Below, in pieces: positions 16,009-29,113 of a DNA stretch of 64,000 nt (position 1 is its first letter; each line of letters opens with the position of its first letter). Made by a program: the position numbers and the translations under genes. The notes beneath the pieces were generated by a model, which did not search any database, was not told the DNA's origin, and saw only the letters and a list, made by a program, of their open reading frames with translations. This DNA comes from the human T2T-CHM13v2.0 reference genome, Homo sapiens. The stretch is from NCBI RefSeq assembly GCF_009914755.1, contig NC_060925.1; one strand, written 5' to 3'.

Positions 16009-17809
16009 TCAATTGTAAAATTGAAAATAAGCCAATTTCCATTATCCGGTGAGTAAGTAACCTGATAAAAACAAGTGCCCTGGAGTTCAGATGGCTTTAG
16101 TGGAGCTCGGCCTAACATATAACTGAGGAGTAATACAGGCACTGAGAGAATTTAGCTCCATAACAAGAAAACTTGTGTACAAGTTAGGGCTCAGCTACAC
16201 AAACAGACTGAAAACGGGCATTTAGACATTTCTCTTTCAAACAGCATGAATACCTAATGTCAGTGAGCCCCATGACTTATATACCTTTAAGCTCATATAA
16301 ATTGAAATTTGAAGGATTCCAGCCTTTTCCCAGGAGAAAACTTGTTGTTTTGCACTATCTGTAAATCTATGTGAATTTTCAGGGCTTGGGAAGGGAAGAG
16401 ACACATAGGCTCAGTTAATCTGCCCCGATGCAACCTGGTTTGCACCTGTACAATATTGCACCAAAGCAACAACAGCAAGTGAGGGTCCCAGGTGAGAAGA
16501 GGCTCACTGATTCTAGAAAATCTTTATTCTGTAACCGAACACATCCTGTTTTCATCTAGAAGTAGTGCCTTAGCCATATGAAGGAGGGAACTGAGAACTT
16601 CTACATGTATGTCTCAGCTGCTCTGTAGAGAAAGAGGGGTGTAGATTCCATGAGTTGCTTAATTTTGCTATAAAGGACAATATCTCAACGGGAACCCTTT
16701 ATTTCCTCCCAGCTAGAGGAAGCTAGCAGAAAAGGCAGCCCGGCTCTTTGCTGGCTCTGGCTGTTCATGTCCTGCCGGCTCCTCCCATCACTCCCTTAGG
16801 AGCTGGGCTCCATGTCCTTGATAAACATGTGGGAACCTTGCTCCCTCAAGGGTATTGCCAATTTAGAAAAGCACATCTGCACACTGGACTCTTGTTGGGC
16901 CTTGTGTAGTTTGGAAAGCCGACCCCGGTTTCACGTACATGGAGAAACTCAGAATGCCTAGGATTTTGAGTATTTTAAGTTACAGGAAAACAGGACTCTT
17001 TCTTATGTCCAATTCTGACATTGTCAAAGGAAAACTGGTTGGCTAGGTTTGAGACTTATATAATTTATGTAATGAGGCCTTTGAATTTATATAGAAAGAG
17101 CCTGAACTTTTATTAAACTGGCTTTGCAGAGCTACTAAAGGAGTGATGGCTTTTAAAATCTCTTCTGAAATGGCTTGATAGAATTTAGGGTAGAATTATT
17201 CCTCTACTCTTGGAATAATGTTCTTTTGTCTCTAATACCCAGGCCTTGGAGAATTAGAATATGGCAGTTCAGTAGGCTGTGGTAGGAGGACCCTTTTTCT
17301 GGGTGCCCGGCAATCACTAACAGTGATGTGTACTCAGAAACAGTCATTGGGAGAGCAGGCTGACAGTGGACCTGCTAAACACTAGTTTGATACAAAATGT
17401 TAATTGAAAGTTACAATATATTTTATAATATATCAATATATTTCATATTTAAAATAAACTGTTATGCTTTCTCCTATCATTAAAAAATAGCAAGCAGTAC
17501 AGAGGCAAGATGCAAATTCATATTAAAGCTCATCTGATTCTGAATATAAACACTTCAGTTTCTGAGCTTGCCATGAAAATGTTTCCTCCATTAACATCCT
17601 GTCATTCTCTTGTTGTTCTCGTGGCCAGTGCAGAATGGAGAGTCTGGGACCAAAATTGAGTTGTTGCGCCATTAAAAAACGTATCTGATGAAGGTGGATC
17701 AGTCCTGGTTGAGATTCAAAAACTGAGACAACATGACACAGCTAGAGAATGTTGTTTATTCCTTGTCCTTCTTGAGTGAAGCTGGACGTTGGCTGCTTCG
17801 ATCTGATTC

Positions 17810-17811
<2 letters not shown>

Positions 17812-17863
<52 letters not shown>
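17812..17863. repeat. (AT)26 microsatellite
   Basis: Perfect dinucleotide run. Confidence 0.97.
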
Positions 17864-17867
<4 letters not shown>

Positions 17868-19867
17868 TTTTTCTTTTTGGCTATAAATGTCAACATCTCT
17901 TTGGGATCCTAACTGCAGGTTGGAGTTGAATTTTGTGCTTTTCCTCCACCAGCTTGGTTGGTCACGATGTGTCTCTTTTGCTTGTTTCAACACATAGCCC
18001 AGGCCCAAGATTACAGCTTCCAGGATACATTTTTCAGGTGTGTAAACAACTGTCACAGGGCACTTGGCACCTAGATTTGGAGGTCATATGTTGAAGATTT
18101 GACAATGGTTTTGTTCAGAGGGAACTCCAGTTCACGTTTGGGTGTTTCCAGTAATGGCGTAAGACAAAAAGATCACAGTTATATTTTTTTCTATCTGTAT
18201 ATATGTATATACCATTGCACTGAGTACTTTTTAATAAGCTGTGGTCTGTTTCAATAAAAATCTACATATTACTCGTCTAACAGGAGTTTAACATTAATTT
18301 CTATTCATGCAGCCTGGCACAAGCTTTCTACTACCACAAGCAGACAGTTACTATTGCGATCCCTGTAAACTCCTTTCTCAGTGGTGTTAATGATCCCATT
18401 TCCCTAATGTTTATTTTGGCGGCAGTAGAGAAGGAAAGGATACTGTCTGGGGCGTCATCAAGCCCACCGACTGCAAGGGGAGAGAAGGGGTTGTTCGTGC
18501 CTACTGGGAAGTCACCAGATAGCTGTCTAAGGTACTGAAATCAAACCCTGCAGAGTCAATAGGGATCCTTCATCTGCTTCTAGCAACTCTTAGGGGAAGA
18601 AGAATGAATGTAGAAAACTGGGGACATATTTTAGGATTTAAAAACAGTAACTTCAAAAGAGTAGTAACCTACTGGTAGTGCAATGACTTCACAGTATCTC
18701 AGTTGTGGTACTGTGATGGGAGCAACACCGTTTGTCCTGGGATGAAACATTGATTCTTAATTTGGAGTGTACTGTTTGTTGAGTTGCACTCTGGAGGAGG
18801 AGGAAGGTTCTGGAACTACGTGCTAATCCCATATTTCTCCCTGCTGATTTTACCACTATTTAATGTGCACTAATTACTTTTTGGTAACTACTGACTGCAT
18901 TCAAACGTAACATCAAGGTGTGATCTAGATACAGTCAGTCTGGGCTGCTGTTGATGACAAAGGTGATTTCATTTGTTCTCTATTGAAAACATTGTACTTA
19001 AGAATATTAATTATTCTCTTCATTTTAAGTACAGAGAAATTGATGTTTTAGGTGCTTATATGAATTGGCCAAAGATGTGGATCCAGTCTTAAGATTTTTA
19101 TTTATTCTGATTTTGTATGACTAGGTTTCTTCTTTTCCATGATTGTTTATTCACAAGGAAATTATAAAAATTTAAGGGGGAAATCCCCCACTATATTAAA
19201 ATCATTACTTCTTCAATGCTCTTCCTTCTTGGCTTTTAATAATAAAAATAGCTTGTACATGCTCAGCGCTTGGAATTTACTTTTGCGTACATTTTCTATG
19301 TCTCCTAATTCACAAGATTGTTGTTCTACCACTGGCCCCTGCTGAGGTCGGTCAGTGGTGACTTGGGGCCTTCCCCCCTTGTTCTTTTGGATTGTATTAA
19401 GCACTTCTAGAGACATGATGTCATGAAGTTACGTATTAGGAAGATGGCAAGAGCAGTTCATAGACACTTTATGACAATTTATTGATGATGATCATATATA
19501 TGTGGCCTTTGATCCAAAGGTGAAGACTTTTATTTGGACTTCAATCTAAGGAGGAGTGAGCCCCTAGTCTGGTGTAATTTACCAACTAATGCTATGTCCT
19601 GAAATTCCACTGAGATTAGTGGTCTTAAAGTATCACAGTACATCCCTGACTTTACAGTACATGAAGCTTTAATATGGCTTAAGCAATGGCAGGGGTGGGG
19701 GTGGTTCTGTATTTCTAATTCAAGTGTCTAGATATTTTAGGAATATTAGAGTGATTTTACCTGTCACTGAGTTGTCAGAAAGATTATAGTAGGGGATCTG
19801 CCATTGGGTCAGTCCTCTAGGAGTGGGCAGATCTTGATCAGTACAGTATTGGAGTGAGGTTACATAA

Positions 19868-20186
<319 letters not shown>

Positions 20187-22398
20187 ATATATACCAGATT
20201 CTTGAGCAGATAATTAAACCTCCTCCACCACAAAACTTGAAAATAAGGTACAAGAAGGCATGACATGAGAATCCACCTGCCCCTTTTCCCATCTGACTGT
20301 GATGCTGAGGTGTGGTGGAATTAGCCAAAAGATGTAGGAAGAAAACTTGGGTGAGTTACACCCAGAATAATTAATACTTAAGTCATCAAGGGTTGATTGT
20401 ACTTGCAGGAGAACGGGTAACTTTCCCACATAAAGCTGAAATGCTAGTACAGAGAAATAGCCTTCCATTTGCTATTACAGGATCAATGTGCAGGTTTGAT
20501 CACTTTTTTTTTGAAGCATTTTCTTTTGCCAAGAATAAAAATCATGTATAGCTATTGCACTACCAATAGGTCAATTCATGCTACAAATGTCCATGTGTTT
20601 CTAGGATGCCAGTGGCTACTGCTACCAGAAATAACTCCAGTCACTCCCTTGACTAGTGTTGCTAGTTTGGTCTTTAGGGTTTACCTAAGTGAGAGCATCA
20701 ATGATGGGTTAAAGTCACAGACCACAATGAATAAATCACAGTCTGTGCACACTTTTGGCCAGGAAGAGTGGCAGTGGAATCTTGCATGTCATTTGGTTGA
20801 AATTAAGACTAAATCTCTATATGTGCACACACCCACACTCACACCCACACGCACACATATCACAGGGTTATAGCAGAATGAAAACGGTGAGTAGGAATCA
20901 CCAGTTGAAGGCTGTAGGTTTAAATGATCAGGATTGGCACACTCAGATCAGCCCACCAGTGGTCTTCACTTTGTGAAATGGAACTAATGCCACAAGGAAA
21001 CTGCATGGTTACTTCATCTGTTTACACATCTGCTTATATGTTCAGCTGAACTGTCACTGAAAACAGGAGCACCATTCTTGGGACATGAAACAAGGAGGAG
21101 GGGAAACATTCAGATAATCAACAGTTAATAGAACAAGTAAAAAAATAAGCCAACAGCAGGTGCGGCATCTCTGGTACGCAAAACAACTAATGAAAGTGTT
21201 CAAAGGAATTATCAAGGCAGGCCATTAAGACTATAAACCATCAAAAGAGCAGCAGCAATAGCAAGAGAGAAAGAAGAGGGTTAGCAAGAGACTAGATCTT
21301 CCTGAAAAAGTGGCCTTGGCTCTACAATTGTCTACCTTGTGCTGTCCTTAGAAGAACAGGCCCAGTGCTACAGAATAAAAATCTCCATGCCAAGCCACTG
21401 CCTTCAGAATGGTGATGATGTCTTCTTACAAAGGTAAACCCAAGATGACAACCACAAGCAAAAAAATCACCCTTTTGTTTTACCATCAACAGATGAAATA
21501 GTCCATACAGTGCCATTCAATTTCCCACAGGCAGAAACCAAAGACCTCAGAATGAGAAAGTCATGGTTTTCACGTCACAAATGTTACGTGTGGTCAGATT
21601 ATGGAGCAATGAAAACATTTTTCTGTGCCGCTCATTACACTAAATCTTGATGTTTCTGAAGTCTCTTGGAGTTTGAGATGTATTGGAATAGTTTTTCGCA
21701 CCAAGATTAACATGGCACAGTAGGAACAGGCTACTGACAAATCCATGTCCACTTACCTTACCCACAAGGTTCCCTAAGGGTTCCCTTCATTCTCACAATA
21801 TTTCATTTTGAGATGACTTAAGGTCAGGTAGAAGGGACCACATAGGCCACTCTTCATCACTTCTCCTCCTAGCTCAGAGGCTCACAATTGAGGCACTTGG
21901 CCCTTTTGCACTACTAACATCTGGGGCTGGAAACCTGTTGCTGGATAAATACAGCTCAGCAAATCCCCAACCATATTTCTATTCACTAAGGTGTTATTGG
22001 ATTGCTCCTGTTTGTGCATGTCTGCACACACATGCACAATTTCTTGTCCTCTCCCTCCACACTTACAGACATACACCTGGTCATGTGGACCATCGAAACA
22101 CAACTTGTTTGGATGGAAGAAGAAAACTCTGCAGATGCTGTTATTTTTAGAAGCCTGCTTATCCCTCCTGAATGCCAACAATTTTGGCTTGGCATCCATT
22201 TCAAATTAAGCAAGGTGCATATCCAGGACAAAGCAATGTGCATTATGTCTGAAGGGATCCACATCTTCAGTGAAACTCAGAATGTGGCCAGAACTAGCTA
22301 ACTACCTGAACTGAAAGCACCCCATGTTCAGATTCAGACCAACTCAAAACACATGTAAGGGGTGCCTATTGTATGCAGGGTAAGGTGTCAAGTCCCTT

Positions 22399-22531
22399 TT
22401 TATTTGGATTAAGCTCAAATAAGAAAGGACCTGAAGCGAACGTGGGATGTGTATGTGTGTACATGTACACGTTTGCAAACACACAGGTTTATGTGGGTAT
22501 TAATATCGAGTGGAAAATCTGGCTTTTTATT
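22399..22531 (-). terminator. Candidate proximal polyadenylation signals (AATAAA at 22526-22531 and 22399-22404)
   Basis: Two canonical hexamers about 560 and 690 nt after the stop codon. Usage cannot be shown from sequence. Confidence 0.4.
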
Positions 22532-23092
22532 TGTCTGTGTCTTTTTTTTTTTTTTTTCAGTCTGATTCGAGTATATCTGTTTTGGCAAGTTGTGGGCAGC
22601 TCTCTTTTACTTTTGTCACCCAGAGGCTTCCGTAGACAAAAGGAAAGGAGAGAGGTGTGTTCAAAGACCCCCATGGCGAAGAGCCCATCCCCCAAGCCTG
22701 ACACAACCCTCCCTCCCAGCGGACCCCTCTTCTGGACTGGCTTCGCTGTTGGCTACTTCAGTGCATCTGACCCCCACCCCCCGCGTGAAGACCTGAGATT
22801 GAGCGTGGATTTCTGTTCTCCACCAACTCTGCAGCAAGGGCCCTGCCAGAGGCGTCGCTTCCTGTCATCTCCTCTTCCCGCTCCCAAGTAGAGGCACCTA
22901 AACAGAGATTAGATTTCTGGTTTCAAGGCATGTCGGACCAAGCACGCTGAATGAACATGAGTTAGTTAATTAGCTCGGTCTCTCTTCTTTCCGTTCCCTG
23001 GTCTGAATGTTTCTTGATGGCAAAGCGACCAGGAGAGAGTTGATTTGCATCTTAAGACCTATGGGTAATGCTTCTGGAGTGGGGAGATTTAT

Positions 23093-23512
<420 letters not shown>

Positions 23513-25784
23513 TCAAGGAAGGATACAGGCTTCTTTCCTGGGGATGGGGATGCTGAAGTGTGCACATTTTTGTTTTCTTATTACAAAAGTAATGAGTATT
23601 AATGACAGCATTTTATTAGAAAATATGCACCAAGGGGAAAAAAATGGCCCTTTTTTTTTTCTTAAATAAAGTGAGTCTCTAAACTGTCTCATGTTCTCAC
23701 AGGGCCACAACCTCTCAGCTCACATGGCTGCTGGCATCTAATGATTCCAGAGAAGACGCTGGTGGGGAATGGACAGTGCAGTGGGTGTATAATTAGTAGG
23801 CCAGGGCTCAAGTACACATCTGCAGCTCACTAACAGTGTGCCCTCTGCCAGGCGCCTGGCCTCTCTCAATCTCGGTTGCCTTATAAAATTGGAGTTAATA
23901 ATAACTGTACACAGTTAGGAGTTATTGCACATCTCCCAACCTCTATTTTAACCCAGCAGACAGGATGTAAAGTGAATTAACTCTCAGGCACAGTGCTTAG
24001 CCAAAGGAGGCTGCCTTGCTGAGGTGTGGCCCTTCGCCTGCCTGATCCACAATGCCTCAGGGTGGGACATCCCTGAAGGGCCACTCTGAAGGGCTGAGGT
24101 CTTTGTTGACTGTATCACAGTTCAAACCCTCCCACTGACCAATCCTGCTTCCCTCACTCCTTGGCAGGGGTCCTGAGGGTGCTCCCCTGAGAGCTCCCCA
24201 GTACCCCTCCTGCACTCAGCACTGACTCCCCGTGTTCCAGGGGTGCCGGCCGATTACCAGTGCTCCTTCCCCAACATCCTGTGGCCCCCTTGTTGGTCTG
24301 CAGAGTCCCAGTCTATGCAACAGATATTTTTCTCCCAGCAAATTAGCAAATGCCATCTTGGCTGTGTACATCAGACTTGGGAACAAGATTCACAAGCATC
24401 TTCAGCCTCCCACGTGTCAGGGAGTGAGGCTCCTGGGGCGGCAATGCAGAGGGCCAGGCCGGTGGTTGCTTGGTCATCCCTGAGGTACTGTGGCTCTTTG
24501 GGTTTCTGATGATCTGCCAGTGACACCCCGATCCTATTTCACGTGAAATTTCAGGTTACTCTAGGAAGATATGGACATGATTTATGCCCCGGGGACCAAA
24601 GCAGCAGCAAGTAAGGTGAGAGGAAAAAAGAAGAGTAAAAGAAGATGTGAGAAGCCAGAGAAGAATGAAGGGGAGCAGGGGCACAAAATGCAGTGAGGCC
24701 TCCCCAGCAGACTACAGGCCCCATGAGGAAATTCACTGGGGCAGCATAAGGAAAGGTCACAAGGTGGCATGGAGATGGCCCCGCTCCCATGAGCTCTGCT
24801 GTTGCCAGAGCAGGACACCGTGTCGTGGATGCCCTTGGAGGACAGGGTGACTTTAGAAGTGAAAGTACTCCCTTTATTAATCAACATGACAGAACCTCCT
24901 CGAGGCAAACATTCTTCCCGGAATGTGCAAAATCACCCATTTCATTTGACCGCAGGGGCACCCTGATGAGCTCTGGACTCAGAGTCCAGGCCCCTGGGTT
25001 GTGGCCCCCACGCTGGTGCTCACCAACTGCCTGACCGTGGGATGGTCACTTTGTTCCCTTGGATCTTGGTTTCCTCATCTATATTGATAATCAGAACTAC
25101 CAATTGCAAAACCTTTATAGTTTACAAAGCATTTTCACAGATATCATCTTATTCGATCACCTGAGCCTCCGATGGTAGGAATTATTTTTATATTTCAATT
25201 GAAGTAATTGAAGCAATCGGGGAAAGACTCCAAGCCCTCCCAGCTCTGCCAGCCTATAGGACAGCAATTCAATACAGACGTAATATGTGGAGGCCACATG
25301 CCATATTCTTAATTTAGAGAGGACCAAAGGGCAGGAGTGGGAAGGCGCTGACTTGGGAGGCTACAGCACAAAGACAGAAAAGAGAGAGAACACAGCGTTA
25401 TTGTCTCCCCCTGTTCCGTTGCTTGGTGACAGGATGCCAGGGGGAATATGGACCAGTGTGAAGTGTGCTAAGCTGCTGCCAGGACCTTGGGTGAGTCTCC
25501 TGGGAGGAAAAGACAAAGACTGGGCGAATGTCAGAGTTCATCTCCTCCCCAGATCTCCCCACGGGGGTTCTGCAGATTTTTCCCTTAACCCTTTCCTGCA
25601 CACTCTTTCTTTCCAGGTAACTTGCTCCTGGGTTATTTACGGCTTAGTTCCCCCACCCAATTCACAGGAGTGTCTTTCCAGTTCACTGAGGGGTTCGCTT
25701 CACCCGGTCTGCTCCGTGGGCCCCATCTCTCCAAGAGGCCGTGGGTGGCACTGCAGAAATGCAGGCTTGAAAGTTTGGTTTGCC

Positions 25785-26637
25785 CAAAAGTGGGCGAAGG
25801 ATATGAACAGACACTTCTCAAAAGAAGACATTTATGCAGCCAAAAAACACATGAAAAAATGCTCATGATCACTGGCCATCAGAGAAATGCAAATCAAAAC
25901 CACAATGAGATACCATCTCATACCAGTTAGAATGGCAATCATTAAAAAGTCAGGAAACAACAGGTGCTGGAGAGGATGTGGAGAAATAGGAACACTTTTA
26001 CACTGTTGGTGGGACTGTAAACTAGTTCAACCATTGTGGAAGTCAGTGTGGAGATTCCTCACGGATCTAGAACTAGAAACACCATTTGACCCAGCCATCC
26101 CATTACTGGGTATATACCCAGAGGATTATAAATCATGCTGCTGTAAAGACACATGCACACGTATGTTTATTGTGGCACTATTCACAATAGCAAAGACTTG
26201 GAACCAACCCAAATGTCTGACAATGATAGACTGGATTAAGAAAATGTGGCACATATACACCATGGAATACTATGAAGCCATAAAAAATGATGAGTTCATG
26301 TCCTTTGTAGGGACATGGATGAAACTGGAAACCATCATTCTCAGCAAACTATCGCAAGGACAAAAAACCAAACACCGCATGTTCTCACTCATAGGTGGGA
26401 ATTGAACAATGAGAACACATGGACACAGGAAGGGGAACATCACACTCCAGGGACTGTTGTGGGGTGGGGGGAGGGGGGAGGGATAGCATTAGGAGATATA
26501 CCTAATGTTAAATGACGAGTTAATGGGTGCAGCACACCAACATGGCACATGTATACATATGTAACAAACCTGCACATTGTGCACATGTACCCTAAAACTT
26601 AAAGTGTAATAATAATAAAACTAAAAAAAAAAAAAAA
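25785..26637 (+). mobile_element. 5'-truncated primate L1 (roughly L1PA3-L1PA5) with 16-bp TSD, antisense to KCNN3
   Basis: ORF2 C-terminal remnant (25887-26405: [26 protein letters not shown]...SLIGGN), G-rich 3' UTR and A-tail. TSD gaaagtttggtttgcc at 25769-25784 and 26638-26653. Confidence 0.96.
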
Positions 26638-26989
26638 GAAAGTTTGGTTTGCCTCATGTCCCCAGGGAACATCAGTCACAGCATGTCCTGCAAGGTGAGA
26701 GGAGAAACAGGAAATACTGCTACTCATGGAAGAAACATCCTGGGGCATTTTGTTGGGCTATTCCTGAAGCTCACAGGTGGGCCCCTAGCCCTGTTTGCTC
26801 CATATGACCCTCTTCCTGGCCAATGCTGATTGGTCCCAGGGTGGATACGTGGCCCAAATTGGCCAATCATTTCTTCTATTCTGAGAATTTAGAATTAAGA
26901 CTAGTAGGGGGCCAATTAGTCTTTACCTGTGGCTAAAACTATTATATGTACTCTCTGAATTGGAGCCTGTTACAGTCTGTCGCGGGGAC

Positions 26990-27190
26990 AGGAGGCAGAG
27001 AGGGAGAGAAAGAGAGGAAGAGAGAGGGAGAGGAAGAGAGAGACAGGGAAAGGGAGAGGAAGAGAGAGACAGGGAAAGGGAGAGGAAGAGAGAGACAGGG
27101 AGATGGAGAGGAAGAGAGACAGGGAGACGGAGAGGAAGAGAGAGACAGGGAAAGGGAGAGGAAGAGAGAGACAGGGAGAGGGAGAGAGAA
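26990..27190. repeat. Polypurine minisatellite, ~26-bp unit (agggagaggaagagagagacagggaa), ~6 copies
   Basis: Directly visible tandem units; the flanks resemble an old MLT1-type LTR. Confidence 0.9.
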
Positions 27191-28581
27191 CTGAAGCAGT
27201 CACTTAAACAGAAGGACAGAGAAGAAATGGTGAGAGACCTCCTGGTTGTGGGGGCTTCCCAGGTCTAGTTCGAGTCAGTTCCTTCCTGCAGTCTGGCCAC
27301 ATGTCTCCTTTGAGGTTTTGCCTGGAATGAGACTCCCTTATATCCTTAGAATAGATTTCTCCATTTTTAAACCTAGTCCCAGCGGGTTTCTGATATTAAA
27401 ACCAACACACCCAAAAACCTGAGGGAGTTCTCTCCTGCATGCCCACGTTCCACTCCCACCCCAGGCTCCTAGGAACCACCCTGCACTCCACGTGAACGCC
27501 CTCCTCCAAAGGCACGCGGGCCTGGAGGCTTCTCCCCAAATGTGCCAAGCCACTTACTCCCCGATTGAAGTCCTCACAGGTTTAGAAGGCCCTTTCTTTG
27601 GTTCAATCCCTTTATTAAACAAGGCACCTGCACGTGGCCCGACAACTAGTGATTTCTCTGATTGCACTCTTTTCAAAGGGTGCTTAATGTGCCTGAGGGA
27701 GTTTCTCTTGCTTACCCAGGGAATGTGTTCCATTATGATAATTGACATCTGCTGGAATGTTCTGCCAGCCTGGCCCTGGGCTGTACACTTAATATACAAT
27801 TCCTATCAAGAGGCAATGAGGAGAGGGGGCTGAGGAGGGGGAGGCCCTTTCTTCAGTGGCACCGACTCTCAGCTCTGCCAGCAGTGTGGCCTTCGGCTCC
27901 CTCACCTGGGTGATTTGCAAGAGGAGTTTCCTTACAGTATTTATGGCAGCTCAGGGCCAGAAACAGAGTGGCAGAGTGATGGCGAGCCTTACACCCTAGG
28001 GCTCTCAAAAGAGGGCTCTCTTTTTGGGTATCTTCATGTTCCTTGTAGGCTATCTGCCTCTTGAGAAGTAAAGAAATGCACCCCCCCACACACACCACTG
28101 CCGCCAATTTGAGGCCAGCAAAACTAGTTGGTTAAGGACTGGAGGATGTACAAAAATGAACTTCCAAGTATTACAGCAAACCGGTGTGACCTGGGCAGTT
28201 ACCATGGCCATCGTTACCGTCTGGTCCTTGCTAGCATGCTTCACAGCCGTGCAAACTCAAGCCCAACCTCAGGAGTCCCTCAATGTGCAGCTCATAAAAT
28301 GACACGGAAAAGGTTTAGTCAGCTCATTAATTTCACGCAGAGACACACCTGAGCGATTTCACTTAAGAAACAAACACCAAGTTTCAAAAGCCCACAAGAC
28401 ATACCGGTAGATTGCAAATGAAACAAACTTGAGCCTAGGTATTTTTGAACCAAGCAGAAATTTTTCTTTGCTTGCCTGGTCCCGCGCTGTCCAGTGCGAA
28501 CCCAGCCAGGACTCACAGGTGAGCCTGAGAAGACTCAGTGTCTGCGTGTTCTAGGGGATGTCTCCAGACACTGCCACTCAC

Positions 28582-28651
28582 CTTGGAAAGGTCCACCAGA
28601 GTGTTGGCTTGGTCACTCAGCTTCCTCTGTTCCATCTTGACGCTCCTCAAC
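28582..28651 (-). CDS. KCNN3: KCNN3 penultimate exon (end of CaM-binding domain)
   Basis: tccccacag|G TTG AGG AGC...TCC AAG|gtgagt; 70 nt; [23 protein letters not shown]. Confidence 0.97.
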
Positions 28652-29077
28652 CTGTGGGGAAGAATGGTAACAGGCAAGCCCTTCAAGTCCATGCAAAGGT
28701 TTAGCCCCACCAGCAGATCCTCCAGCCCTACCACTGCCTCTGATTTTGGAACCCAGCATGGGGACCGTGAACCTGGGGAACAACTGAGGCTTTTACTTTC
28801 CAGGGGCTTGTCACATCCCCCCAGAAAGCAAACTCTTGTCTCCACGCATGCTCACCTTCAGTCACTGGTTTCTTGCTATTCCCAGATCATTTCCCTGCCT
28901 CTATGCCTGGGCTGCACCTTCCATGTTGAGTGCCTTATTCTCAACTTTTCAGGGATTCCCCAAACCTCTCCATCAGAATGAATGTTTTCATCCTTTGCTT
29001 TTCCACTATACTTTTAAAAACTCCTCCATCACAGAAAGCATCAGCCACGGTTTGTTTTGATTTGAGTTGCAATGCAT

Positions 29078-29113
<36 letters not shown>

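Noticed and set aside
25287-26405. 193-aa and 172-aa ORFs as a novel gene
   Set aside because: Chance intronic frame running into a truncated L1 ORF2 remnant, interrupted by a stop codon.
26946-27268. Arg/Glu/Gly-rich ORFs
   Set aside because: Translations of the purine minisatellite.
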